Shown here: positions 27,052-37,800 of the stretch, in pieces
Numbering within the stretch: position 1 is the stretch's first letter
Layout of the letters: each line of letters begins with the position of its first letter
Source of the DNA: a virus
Taxonomy: Duplodnaviria; Caudoviricetes
IMG/VR virus record: IMGVR_UViG_2883187667_000001
Location: 1-64,000 of that record
Length of the DNA stretch: 64,000 bases
Reading direction: 5' to 3' (one strand)
Notes under the pieces: generated by a model
Told to the model about the DNA's origin: nothing
What the model saw: the letters and a program-made list of their open reading frames with translations, nothing else
Databases searched by the model: none
Made by a program: the position numbers and the translations under genes

Positions 27052-27888
27052 ATGGAAACCCCTTTAATCGTTTACAACCTGGGCGATCGCGGACGCAAGC
27101 ACCGGGGAAAGGAACGAAACTTCAACCTGCGCAAGCTGGCGGCGGCCATCAACAGCGACGAGACTCAGGAGCGCGTCAAGAACCGCGACATGCCGGGTTT
27201 CTACGGGCACCTGTTCCGCGCGCGCTTTGGCCTGAACCCACCGGAAACCGTCATCGTCGGCGGCAATGTCGTGCGGCTGGACCCTGCTTTCGTAACCACC
27301 CACCTGCGCGCCCTGCCCGATGGCACCATTGAACACAAGGCCGAATTTCTCAATACCGACGCCGGACAACTGGCGCAGAAGGCCTATGCCAGCAAGTTCG
27401 GAGGATTCTCCTCGGCAATTGACCAGATAAAGCCGGAATTCTGTGGATTCGATTATGTGTTCGAGCCCAATTTCAACAACAACCGCGGCTACAGCGTGGC
27501 GCTGGATTCTGTTTCGGTCGCTGAACGCGATGCCGTGTTCGACAGCATTATCGTGGCCGAATACAAAGACCAGATGACCGGCTGCCTGCGCCTGCTCGAC
27601 AGCGTGTCCAAGGCGCATGAGTTGGCCCTGCAGTCGGTGGACCATCTTCGCCAGGAGAACGAGGAGTTGATGTCCATGCTGGCTGTGGGTCGAGACGAGG
27701 CGGCGCTCGATAGCGTTCCCATTCTCCCGCTGTCGGTTTCTCGCGCTCCCGCGCAACGCATCATTTCCGACATCGCCTCATTTCGCAACGCGCGCCTACC
27801 CCGCTTTGTCGAGCCCAAGGGCGACGAATCAGGGCAGATGGAGCGCGCCTACGACAGATTATTAAACCGTTTCGGCATTGGAGGATAA
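27052..27888 (+). CDS. Prohead protease (P1 Pro-like)
   Basis: ETQER...GFYGH..R...PET, GGFSSA, GFDYVFEPNF resemble P1 Pro. Confidence 0.75.
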   Translation: METPLIVYNLGDRGRKHRGKERNFNLRKLAAAINSDETQERVKNRDMPGFYGHLFRARFGLNPPETVIVGGNVVRLDPAFVTTHLRALPDGTIEHKAEFLNTDAGQLAQKAYASKFGGFSSAIDQIKPEFCGFDYVFEPNFNNNRGYSVALDSVSVAERDAVFDSIIVAEYKDQMTGCLRLLDSVSKAHELALQSVDHLRQENEELMSMLAVGRDEAALDSVPILPLSVSRAPAQRIISDIASFRNARLPRFVEPKGDESGQMERAYDRLLNRFGIGG

Positions 27889-27894
27889 ACCAGT

Positions 27895-28623
27895 ATGTTC
27901 CAGCCAGTAAAAGCAGGTTTTGGCGAGTATATGGGCGCGTTTTACGCGCAGTTGAGCGTCACCACGATGCCCATGCGCGAATTTTGCACCCGAGGGTTGG
28001 CCAAGAGCATCGCGTTTGTGCCTGGACGCATGATCGACTCGGTAGAGGAAATGCTGGGGCTATGGCAGCGCAACGATAACGACAACGCGCCTACCCAGCC
28101 GCGCAAGCTGCCGGTGGTGTTGGTCGCGGTTGACAAGGATTACACCCCTACCGCCCGCGATTTTACCCGTCAGGTGGTTGACGCCCAGTGGTTGACGATT
28201 CCCTCGGATACCAAGGAACGCGCGTTCAAGATACGCACTATCGCCGGAGACATTCGCGCCCAGGTGGTGGTGATCGCCGCCGACGACCCTACGGCCAAAT
28301 CCATCGCCGCGCAGTTCGATTTGTTCATCGACTCGCCGTCGAATCGCGCGTTCAATGCCGCCTATGAATTCGCGGGGCAGGTCATGGATTGGCCGGTGAT
28401 GCTGGAAACCAGCGATACACCGGCCAGCAATATCAAGGTTGAGGCTAAAAACCTGAGCATTCTGGCCCTCGACCTGAATCTGCACACCACCATCCCGCTG
28501 TTCGATGCGCCCAAGGATGGCGAGGTAAGCGACGGCAAGGGAGCGGCGGGCGATGCCGGTGATCCATCAGGTTACCCGGTTGTCATCCAGACCAATCGCA
28601 CCGCAATGGATGTGGAGCCATGA
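27895..28623 (+). CDS. P1-like virion (tail/neck) protein
   Basis: Position in late operon, codon style. Confidence 0.6.
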   Translation: MFQPVKAGFGEYMGAFYAQLSVTTMPMREFCTRGLAKSIAFVPGRMIDSVEEMLGLWQRNDNDNAPTQPRKLPVVLVAVDKDYTPTARDFTRQVVDAQWLTIPSDTKERAFKIRTIAGDIRAQVVVIAADDPTAKSIAAQFDLFIDSPSNRAFNAAYEFAGQVMDWPVMLETSDTPASNIKVEAKNLSILALDLNLHTTIPLFDAPKDGEVSDGKGAAGDAGDPSGYPVVIQTNRTAMDVEP

Positions 28624-29126
28624 GCATGACGCCCATTCAAGCCACGTTTGTCGGTTATTCGTCGCGGCCCTGCACGCTGTTCTCCGCCTACAACACCCAT
28701 ACCGGCGTGTTGGCCATCAGTGTCGAGGCCGATTATAGAAAGGATCGGCGCGAGGGCTGCGTGGTAATCACCAACGACAAAACCGTCGACCGAGACGCCC
28801 TGTTCAGTGATGACCACCTACATGACGCCATTGCCGCTTTCTTCTTGCTGCAGGCCGGCATGGCTTCCGACAACAAAAGCCCGCGACTCGTGTTTTCCGA
28901 GAAAACGCAGCGCGTTAACCCTTCCAACGCCATTGAAAAGGATGGAATGGATGCCTCCGGACCACGCTATCGCATATCCGAGAGCATCACCTGCGCACAG
29001 ATGGCGGCGCTGGCGACGGCCTGGTATGCAAGCTGTCGCGCGGATTCCGTTGAAGGGGCGTTGGAAATGTTCGATAAAGTGAATGCGCTTAACGATTTGC
29101 TGTCGGGGAAAATCGTATCCATATGA
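28620..29126 (+). CDS. Phage hypothetical (late) protein
   Basis: Coupled ORF in late operon. Confidence 0.65.
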   Translation: MSMTPIQATFVGYSSRPCTLFSAYNTHTGVLAISVEADYRKDRREGCVVITNDKTVDRDALFSDDHLHDAIAAFFLLQAGMASDNKSPRLVFSEKTQRVNPSNAIEKDGMDASGPRYRISESITCAQMAALATAWYASCRADSVEGALEMFDKVNALNDLLSGKIVSI

Positions 29127-29455
29127 TCGACAACCAGACAACCGCCGCAAAGTCGTTTTACCGCGAAATAAGAACGTTCTCGGAGCGCACGCGGCCATGG
29201 GACACCGCAGTGTTCTATCACACCAAGCCGGATGAGGCTTTGGACGCCACGCTGGTATCGGAGCGGGTATATGGTCGGCGCGACGAATTCCTGGCGGTAA
29301 TGGCCGCTGCCGGGATCGACACCGCGAATCAACCCATACCGCAAAAAATGCTGACGCTTCCGACTGAAACGCAATTGGCGGCTATCAAGCGCCGTACCGG
29401 CTTCGAATCGATTGCCGATTATCGCGAAAATTTCGCGCCGACATGGGCAAGTTGA
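29123..29455 (+). CDS. LysM-like baseplate protein (P1 gp26-like)
   Basis: PDE..DATLVSERVYG....LAVMAAAG.......LTLPT. Confidence 0.6.
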   Translation: MIDNQTTAAKSFYREIRTFSERTRPWDTAVFYHTKPDEALDATLVSERVYGRRDEFLAVMAAAGIDTANQPIPQKMLTLPTETQLAAIKRRTGFESIADYRENFAPTWAS

Positions 29456-29456
29456 A

Positions 29457-30473
29457 ATGGTAGATACCTCATGGCTAGGTAAGCTAAAGGGATCTGCGGG
29501 AGAAGCCAAAGGACGATTGGCTGATGATGCCGCGCAACGCTCTGCCGCAGCCAAAGAAAAGCACAGCATCATCCTGAATCAGAATGAGGTGCTGACAGGA
29601 AACTGGGACGCGCACAAGGTTCTCTTCACCACGCTGGGTGGAAAGTTAAGGACGATAACATCCGATGACCTCACCGCGTTCAGGAGAAATATTCAAACCG
29701 CGCAGGCAAACTTCACCAAGGGTATCACCGCCAAGCAAGTAATTGAGCTTTCCTTGCACGCTGATCGCATGGCATCGACGGAAGAAATACACATGGCGGT
29801 TCCCGTCAGCGCAACTAACGGAACCGTGCGCTATATCACCAACTCCGGCCCCAACTCCAAGGTGACGCGCCATCATGTCACGGTTCAATTTCTCAACTAC
29901 ATGGCTGAGGCATCCTCCGGAGCCGGTGGTGCGCGCAAGTCCGCTCAGCGCCTGCGCCTTGCCCCGCTTAAATTCGATTGCGATTGCGAACGGCACCGCT
30001 ACTGGTTTCGGTATATCACCACCATTGGTGGCTTCAATGCTGGCCGCGCTGAAACCGGATATCCGAAAATAAGAAATCCCAATCTTTATGGCGTGGGCTG
30101 CAAGCATGTCCTGCGCGTCATGGCCGACATCCGCAGCGGCGGCGCAACGCTTGCGTTTTTAACCAGGCTACTGAAAAAAGGCAAGGCTGCTGACAACGCC
30201 AAGGCAGCCGTGCGGCAGGCGCAAAGCGAAGCAGAAAAAGTTGCCGCCAACCAGGAAAAAAGGAAATCGGCAAAAGAGCTTAACGCCATACGAAAGGCGG
30301 TCAATAACGCCACGAAGCCGAAGAATCTCTCCGCGCGGTCGAGGCAGGTGAAGCGGTCGCCAGATCCAGAGGAAGCTATTCGAGTAAATATGCGCGCGAT
30401 GGGTATCAAGGATGAGCGGCAAATTGAATCAATGATCCAGCTGATGCGCACGCAAGCGCAGGCAGACAAATAA
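29457..30473 (+). CDS. SWIM-zinc-finger tail protein (P1 gp25-like)
   Basis: FDCDCERHRYWFRY...PKIRNP.L.GVGCKHVL. Confidence 0.75.
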   Translation: MVDTSWLGKLKGSAGEAKGRLADDAAQRSAAAKEKHSIILNQNEVLTGNWDAHKVLFTTLGGKLRTITSDDLTAFRRNIQTAQANFTKGITAKQVIELSLHADRMASTEEIHMAVPVSATNGTVRYITNSGPNSKVTRHHVTVQFLNYMAEASSGAGGARKSAQRLRLAPLKFDCDCERHRYWFRYITTIGGFNAGRAETGYPKIRNPNLYGVGCKHVLRVMADIRSGGATLAFLTRLLKKGKAADNAKAAVRQAQSEAEKVAANQEKRKSAKELNAIRKAVNNATKPKNLSARSRQVKRSPDPEEAIRVNMRAMGIKDERQIESMIQLMRTQAQADK

Positions 30474-30485
30474 AACGGATACCCG

Positions 30486-30974
30486 ATGCTGAGCAATGTG
30501 CCAACGGCTATCAACAAGATGACGCGCAAGGTGATCAAACATCACCCGAATGCCTATAACTGCCAGATATTCAGAAAGGCGGTGAATCGCCCCGACCCAC
30601 AGATGGGAGGAATCCCCACGCTCGGCGGCATCGGCGTCCTTGATACCGAGGATGAGGAAGATATTTCATGGGAGTGGATCGCGAACGGCTACTCAATGAC
30701 GGTGGAATCGTTCCAGCCCAGCCCGATGATGTCCAGACAGGACGCAAACAACGGCGATACCGAGGAATACCGATTTCTGATCGTCCCCGAGGATGACGCC
30801 GCAGATCTTCAGCTAAAAAAACATGATGTGGTGTACCTGCTGCTGGGTGAGTTTATCCGACTGGCCTACGAGATCGTCGGCATCGAGACCGTCATCAACA
30901 TCCCGCCTTACGCCATGCGCTATGTCATGAACCGGCGCGACGATCTACACATGGTTGGGCAGTCGGCTTGGTAA
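30486..30974 (+). CDS. Putative head-tail/neck protein
   Basis: Late-operon ORF, beta-rich. Confidence 0.55.
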   Translation: MLSNVPTAINKMTRKVIKHHPNAYNCQIFRKAVNRPDPQMGGIPTLGGIGVLDTEDEEDISWEWIANGYSMTVESFQPSPMMSRQDANNGDTEEYRFLIVPEDDAADLQLKKHDVVYLLLGEFIRLAYEIVGIETVINIPPYAMRYVMNRRDDLHMVGQSAW

Positions 30975-31012
30975 TCATCTCAGATATAAGCCTGTAACCG
31001 GGCATCAATTAG

Positions 31013-31054
31013 CGGAAAACCGCGCAAAGCTCCCCATTGTCGTCGTCATATTCT
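31013..31054 (+). promoter_or_regulatory. Late promoter motif (before darA)
   Basis: CGGAAAAC...TATTCT ending 41 nt later. Confidence 0.65.
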
Positions 31055-31061
31055 TTTCGGT

Positions 31062-34000
31062 ATGACTACCGACACGCCGATCTACACGCAATTCAAACAC
31101 AACGCCAAAGCCGCTATTGCCCACTTAATTAAAGAGCAAAAGGGAATCGCAGTGGCTGCGCTCTATCACCCGGAAATAGGCGATATTGATCTGGTCTGGG
31201 GAAAAACGACAGATGATGCGAGATCGAAAGGAACCGGCATTGCCAAAATACTTAGGTGGCATCCCGAAGTCCTGCGCGACCTGCAAGGTTTTATCTCATC
31301 GCTACACGTTCATCAACGACACGGCAAAAAGATTCACTTGACTGGAAACGCTGGTGAGAGGGCAGCTGTGCAGGTTGATTACGATCAACGCAATGGACAT
31401 TGGTTGTTGACCGCGTATATCAAGGGATATGCCGCCACCCATGCCGATACTTCAGCGGCAGACATGGCGAACGGGAGACCGGATTCTGCTATTCCCCCGA
31501 GCGGCGACGAAAAAACATTAGACTCATTAGTGTCTAATGTCAATACCTCCTTTGAAAAAGGTCGCAGCAGTCTTGGTACGAGGACGGACACTACCAAGTT
31601 TGACGCCAAGGATGACACAGCTCGCCTTAACCCTGCTACAGGAAAAACTGTAGACTCAGCAAATACGCCTGTCAATAGCGCTGATGCGCTTCTTCACATC
31701 GAAAACGCCGCCCACGAAGGCGCGTTCGGTAATAACCCCCTGCCCTCGCCCAGCGATGCCCAATGCACTGCCGGTAACTACAAGGTTGGGCGAGTTGAAA
31801 TTGCCGGGTTCAAGATTGCCATAGAGCAGCCGCGCGGCACCTATCGCACTGGAATCGACGCCAAAACCGGAAAGCGCTGGGCTACGCGTCTCGCCGGACA
31901 CTACGGCTATTTCTCTGGAACCAAGGGTGCTGACGGCGACCCGGTTGACGTGTTCATCGGTTTTTACCCCTACTCTGAAATGGCCTACGTCATCAACCAG
32001 TTCATCAATGGTCGCTTCGACGAGCATAAAGTAATGCTGTGTTACCCCGACGAATACAGTGCGCGCAAGGCGTATCTCGACAGCTATGAGCGCGGCTGGA
32101 AAGGCCTGCAAAACATGATCCCAGCCACTCTGGAACAACTTCGCTGGTGGCTTAAAAACGGCAATACCAGCCGACCGCTACGCCCTGAATTTCTCCCCTT
32201 TGCCGGACTTGAAACCATGAACCAGAAAATTTACTGGGATGGCAACGCCATGCCCATTGATGCATCGCTCGATAAAGTGCTGTACGACATCCGCCGCTCC
32301 GTGGATGGCGCGCTTATTTTCGATGCGGTCAGCATGACGGACATTGTTGAGGATGCCGATGGACTGGCAGCGTTCGATGCGCTGGTTACGCCCTATGCGT
32401 CACTGGAACGCAAGATGGCAGTGCTGCAGCGGGTGATGGATCGTTACGGACAAGCGGTAAAGGTAACCGCGATGCAGATCAGCGATCCGTTCACGCAGCG
32501 CGGCGTCGCCAATGTCGCCGTCATCTACGAACTGAGCGACGGGCAAACGGTAAGCGTTTTTCTGCACAACCCGGATGTAACGCCGAGAAAGATCGCGCCT
32601 ACCGACGAGCTGATTTCATGGAAGTGGCTGCTTAACAAGAAGGACATCACCATCGTGGTGGCGCCCGAAAAAGGCCAGGACTTGGACGTTAAGGAGGTAG
32701 GTAAGCGCATCATGCGACTGGTCGAGAAAAATAGCGCGTTGTTCGGCAAGGCCAATGCCCAACGCGCCGAGCGCATGCAGTCCATAGAAGATATTAAAAC
32801 TGAAATCGTCGGCCTGGAGGCCGAGCTGAAAACCAAGCTGCATGAGCTTGAGGTAGCGAAGGTTGAGGCCGAAGACCGGGCGATGAAATCAACGCCTTCA
32901 GAGGGTGTTGTGGTTACGTACCGTGAAGCACTTCCACCTACAACCAATGCCGTGGAATCGCCAACACCAGAAGCGCAGGAAGGTACAGATCATCAGGATG
33001 TATCCGACATTGATGTCGGATACATCAATGAACCTGTAACTGAAGCGCCCTTATCGGAAGCGCGGCCGCAACATGATGGTCAACAAACGCCAGACACTGC
33101 CGTCGCAGTTTTAAAGGATGGATATTCCAAGCTATCCCCGGAAGAGATCATCGTTACCAAGATGAACGAGGCAATGCTAGCATTGATTGCAGCAAAGGAT
33201 AACGGCGATGCGCGCAGTATCTCGGAAGCAGAGCAATTGATGCGTGAAGCCTATGGCTCGGAAGAAGCGACGCCGATGCTGAAAATGTCTGCGGCAGAAC
33301 TGCGCGACCTGCATAACGCGGTTGCTGGGAAGCCGTTTGAGGCTACCGTAGCGGCGTCTGCTTTTGGTGGGCTAAGGCCTGCGCTTGATCTTGTTGGCGC
33401 GGAAGTACCTGAAAATAAAATCGTCTTAGCTGGTAACGAGATTGGAGATTTCCCCGATACGCCCGAGGGAAAAAAAGAGTTAAGAGTGGCGGCGCGAGCG
33501 GTCTTCGAATCTATGCTTGGAAAGTGGGTTTCATGCCCCGCTCTGGATGGGGACGTTGAGATTCGCAAAAGCGGTATGAATAAAACGCTAAGCCTGAGCG
33601 GAGACCCACGCAAGTTGAAACTCGTTGCCGCGCTAGAAGAACTTATTCGTATCGGAAAGAAACTGGATACCAAACCCAGCTATGCGCCAGAAATTGAAAG
33701 AAGTGTTATAGCCTACCACTACATGCGATCTCTTGCGAATCTTGAGGGTACGGACATCGCCGTTCGCTTTATCGTTAAGGAAGATGAAAAAGGTAAATTC
33801 CACTGGGATCATAGCGTTCATGATACCGATGCAACGTTTGATAGCACAAAAGAAAACGGGCCGAATTTCTCCGACCCGCTTCTTGTCACTACTTCATGCG
33901 GCGGGGGAACGTATCCTTCCCGCTTAGCGAGCGACCAACTTGATGGCACTGTAGAAGAAGGATCAGCAGATTTCAACGGTGATTTCATTGTTGATGAAAA

Positions 34001-34859
34001 CGAAATTGGCGATACATTTGAAGTTGAAACTTCCACCGATGAAGAAGACATAACCAATACGCTGGATTCAGCTGTAGGTGGTGGGCATATGGTATTCAAC
34101 CTGTTTATTGAAGGTGAGCCGCCTGAAGTAGTTGATGAAAATGATTCTGGAGATAACCCCGGAGACGAAACCACCAAGCCAGCGCCAGAAATACCCGTTA
34201 TCGAGCTGACCAGCGAGAGCGGCGGAGAAAACGTGAATGCCGATGGAGGAAAAACGGGCTCCGTCGACGCCGCCTACCTATTCGCCAACGCAACCGATGA
34301 ATTCAAGGAATGGCTGTCCGAATACCTGAAAAAGCCGGATTATTCACCATTTGTTACCGCCAGGGAAATGGATCAAGCGGCCAAACGCAACGGAGCCAGT
34401 GTTGACTGGGGCGTGTTTTCCGGCACAGACCAGGATATCGACTCAGACGGCTATGTGGGCGAGGTCAAGAAGGGCGGAGAGATCGTTGGCCGCATCGACA
34501 TTGGCAATGATGGCAAGGCGATGGTGTTCGTTGGTGCGACCGGAGATCAGCGCGTTGTCTTCCCATCCGGCGTGGAGGCGGTCTATTCCGATGATGATGC
34601 CATCGAAATGGTTGACGTCCTGTTTTCTACCCAATCTGGAGATACGCAGCCCGCTATTGCTACTGACCCGCAGCTGGTAGCAGACTTAGCCCTGCTTCAC
34701 TCCGTCATAGATGGGACCGTAGCCGATATCCTTTCTCCCGAACTCGGCGAACAGATGGCCGCCACATTCGAGCGCAATCAGGACAACGCGGAGTTCATGG
34801 AATTGTTCAACCGGGCTGTGAATGCCTACACCGCCGCCATGATGGCGGCCACGGCATAA
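31062..34859 (+). CDS. darA: DarA-like polyvalent head protein (PBECR-like, pyrophosphatase-like, DarA N-terminal, LPD3-like domains)
   Basis: IGDIDLVWG...GIAKILRWH; GNYKVG...HYGY..GT.GADGDPVDVF...FDEHKVML; ELSDGQTVSVFLHNPD...WLLNKKDIT.VVAPE. Confidence 0.8.
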   Translation: MTTDTPIYTQFKHNAKAAIAHLIKEQKGIAVAALYHPEIGDIDLVWGKTTDDARSKGTGIAKILRWHPEVLRDLQGFISSLHVHQRHGKKIHLTGNAGERAAVQVDYDQRNGHWLLTAYIKGYAATHADTSAADMANGRPDSAIPPSGDEKTLDSLVSNVNTSFEKGRSSLGTRTDTTKFDAKDDTARLNPATGKTVDSANTPVNSADALLHIENAAHEGAFGNNPLPSPSDAQCTAGNYKVGRVEIAGFKIAIEQPRGTYRTGIDAKTGKRWATRLAGHYGYFSGTKGADGDPVDVFIGFYPYSEMAYVINQFINGRFDEHKVMLCYPDEYSARKAYLDSYERGWKGLQNMIPATLEQLRWWLKNGNTSRPLRPEFLPFAGLETMNQKIYWDGNAMPIDASLDKVLYDIRRSVDGALIFDAVSMTDIVEDADGLAAFDALVTPYASLERKMAVLQRVMDRYGQAVKVTAMQISDPFTQRGVANVAVIYELSDGQTVSVFLHNPDVTPRKIAPTDELISWKWLLNKKDITIVVAPEKGQDLDVKEVGKRIMRLVEKNSALFGKANAQRAERMQSIEDIKTEIVGLEAELKTKLHELEVAKVEAEDRAMKSTPSEGVVVTYREALPPTTNAVESPTPEAQEGTDHQDVSDIDVGYINEPVTEAPLSEARPQHDGQQTPDTAVAVLKDGYSKLSPEEIIVTKMNEAMLALIAAKDNGDARSISEAEQLMREAYGSEEATPMLKMSAAELRDLHNAVAGKPFEATVAASAFGGLRPALDLVGAEVPENKIVLAGNEIGDFPDTPEGKKELRVAARAVFESMLGKWVSCPALDGDVEIRKSGMNKTLSLSGDPRKLKLVAALEELIRIGKKLDTKPSYAPEIERSVIAYHYMRSLANLEGTDIAVRFIVKEDEKGKFHWDHSVHDTDATFDSTKENGPNFSDPLLVTTSCGGGTYPSRLASDQLDGTVEEGSADFNGDFIVDENEIGDTFEVETSTDEEDITNTLDSAVGGGHMVFNLFIEGEPPEVVDENDSGDNPGDETTKPAPEIPVIELTSESGGENVNADGGKTGSVDAAYLFANATDEFKEWLSEYLKKPDYSPFVTAREMDQAAKRNGASVDWGVFSGTDQDIDSDGYVGEVKKGGEIVGRIDIGNDGKAMVFVGATGDQRVVFPSGVEAVYSDDDAIEMVDVLFSTQSGDTQPAIATDPQLVADLALLHSVIDGTVADILSPELGEQMAATFERNQDNAEFMELFNRAVNAYTAAMMAATA

Positions 34860-34872
34860 GGGAGCGCTGGCG

Positions 34873-37800
34873 ATGTCACTATTAGAAAAGCTTTTCGGCG
34901 CAATCGCCACAAGAAGGAGCGCGCTTGATGCCGCCGCCCCGCCCTGCCCCGTCTTGGATGCCGTTACCAACCCAATTGAGCAACTGAAGCTGACCACCGA
35001 GCTGGGAAAAGTACGCAAGGAAATTGCTGGGCTGGGTGATTCGGCAATGGACGCCATGAAGCGCCTTGGGCTTACTACCCGGCTTGGCAAGATTCGCATG
35101 GAGCTGGGCGGACAACAGAATCAAGCTCTGGCTTTGGAGCCAGATACAGCGCCCCAGCAACCTGAACCAATTCAGGAAGCCCATGACGCCCCCGTGGAGA
35201 CCGTTCAATTCGGCCTGCAAGCAAGTGGCGTCAAGACCCGTGAAAAGATCAACGCGCAGGTGTCGGCCATAACCGACCAGATTCGCGCCGGCAGAAACCC
35301 TGCGACGCTGACCGACGATGAAATAGCGCTGCTCAAGCAATATTCCGGCAAGGGTGGGTTGACGATCAACTCCCAGCACGAGTATTACACCCCGCCCCAT
35401 GTTGCCGAAGGGGTGTGGGACGCGCTTAAAGCCAATGGCTTTGAAAATGGCAACGCTCTGGAACCGGCCACCGGCGCCGGTGTATTTCTGGCTACCAAGC
35501 CCAGCGGCGTCATTGCCACAGGTACCGAGATCGACCAGACCAGCGCCACTGTTGCGCAGATCTTGAACCCTGGGGACGTGGTATCTAACCAGTCATTCGA
35601 GTATCTGGCCGCGTCATCGCCCGATAACAGCTTTGACGCCGTGATCGGAAACGTACCCTTTGGCAACGCCCGAGGCCCGAGCGCGCACGATGACCCGCCC
35701 TACAAATCCGAAAAGCTGATCGAGCGCTATTTCGTGCAGCGCGTGATTGACAAGGTTAGGCCGGGCGGACTCATCTGCCTGGTTGTGCCGGTGAATATCA
35801 TTCAGGCAAAGGGCAAGGCTTGGGAGAAGTTTCGTATTGCCATCAGCAAGAAAGCCGAATTCCTGGGCGGTCACAAGCTGCCATCCAAGACGTTTTCGAA
35901 GCAAGGCACCGATGTCGTGGTCGACGTGCTGGTGATGCGCAAGCATGGCGCCGATTTTCTCGCGCAAGTGGATAACCTGCCGTTCGACACATTGACCGCG
36001 GCCAACGTGGTTTGGGCGGAGTTCATCGAGGGCCGCTACTGGCAAGGCGAAGGAAAGCGCTACATCAAGGGCGAGTTCGTACCCAAAGACCCGACCAAGT
36101 TCCGCGACTCGGACAAGGTTATCGCCGGCGAAAACATGACCGATGAGGCGCTAAAGCGCGCGCTTGCGGTTAAATTCCACTCTCGCATTGATTGGGAGAT
36201 GCTGGATAGCGCCGAACCGATTGTCCGCAACTACATAGACGGCGACCGCAAGGAGATCAATGGCATTGATTACGAAATGCAGGGCGGCGCGTGGGTAAAG
36301 ATAGCCTACACCGAAAGCAAAACCGAGCTGGATACGACTATTTACGGCGTTGACTCGTTGGACGCGCTGGAGTCCATCATGCAATCGGATTCCGGCATCC
36401 TGTCGTTGGGCTGGGGAAATATCGAAGCGGCATGCGATGCGTTTCCCAACCTCGTGCCGCAACATGTCAAGGACGCGCTAAATTTTTCTCGCTTGCAGTC
36501 GGATGACAACCAATGGCGGGCATTTCGCGGCGCGGTAATCGGCGCCAGGATCGAGTCGTACCTGAACAGCGGCAGCGATGACGCAAGTGATCTGGCCGAA
36601 CTGAAAGAATTGATCCTGCATGAGATCGTTAAATACGGACACCCCAACAGCGTTACCGGCCTGACCGTGGCCGGCAAGGAATCGAAGCGTTTAGGATTGT
36701 TCATCAACTCGGTGGATGAGGCGGGTAACTTCTCGCCGCTACTGGAAACCGGGACCATTCGCCAGGAAACAGCGGAATTTAATTCCGCCGATCCGGTATC
36801 GATCGTCACCTATCTGTTTGAGCAGAACCAGGACCCGGTAGAACTCAGTACGGTGCTGTCGATGTACGACGGAGAAGCCATGATGGAAGACCTGGGCGAC
36901 ATCACCAAAATACCGGGGCTGGCCGTGTCGCCCGATGGTTTCATCTACCCATTCGATCAATATTGCTCGGGCGATGTATTCCCCAAACTCCGGGCAATGC
37001 GCGAAGCGATGCTATCGGAGAAAGATCCGCGCATTATCGAGCAATACAAGCGCCAGATCGAAAGCATCGACGCCAAGCGCCGCAAAACGCCGACCGAAGA
37101 CATTACCTTCCGCATGAGGCAAAAGTGGTTCGATCAGAAAAACTACGTGATTGAATTCCTGCATGCCAATGGGTTTAAGGTTACGATTCAGTACGACGAA
37201 GAACGTGGTGAATTCGTTTCCCGGGGAACCGGTGGCGGACTGATACCGCAAATCGTCAATTACCTGAACGAAAAGCCGGTAATGGGCGGCGTCAAGGTCT
37301 CGGATTACAAGGACGCCATCAAGGCGCTGGAGGATCAATTCGACGCCTTCATGAAGTCGCACCCGAACAGCGAAGACCTGACCAATCAGTACAATGAAAA
37401 GTTTAACGGCTATGTCGATTTCAGCTACTCCTGTAGCGACCTGGGGCTGACCAATCTGGGCGACAGAATTAAGCCGCATACCTACCAGAATGAAGCCATT
37501 CGCCGACTGTCGCGTGAAGGAAAAGGGATTCTTGGTTTCGACGTGGGCCTGGGAAAAACCTTTACCTCCCTGGCGCTGCAAGCCTACAACGAGCAGATGG
37601 GGCGTTCCAAGCGCACCTGCATTGTTGTTCCTGACTCGGTGTTGGCAAACTGGTATCACGAACACAAGGCGTTCTATAAGGATACCTCACGCATGCTGGT
37701 TGTCGGCATGTCGCCGAAAACAAACAAGGATGGCACTGCGCAACGTGAGGCGATTGTCGACGAACAAGGCAATCCGAAGCTGCTCAACGGAGAACCCATA

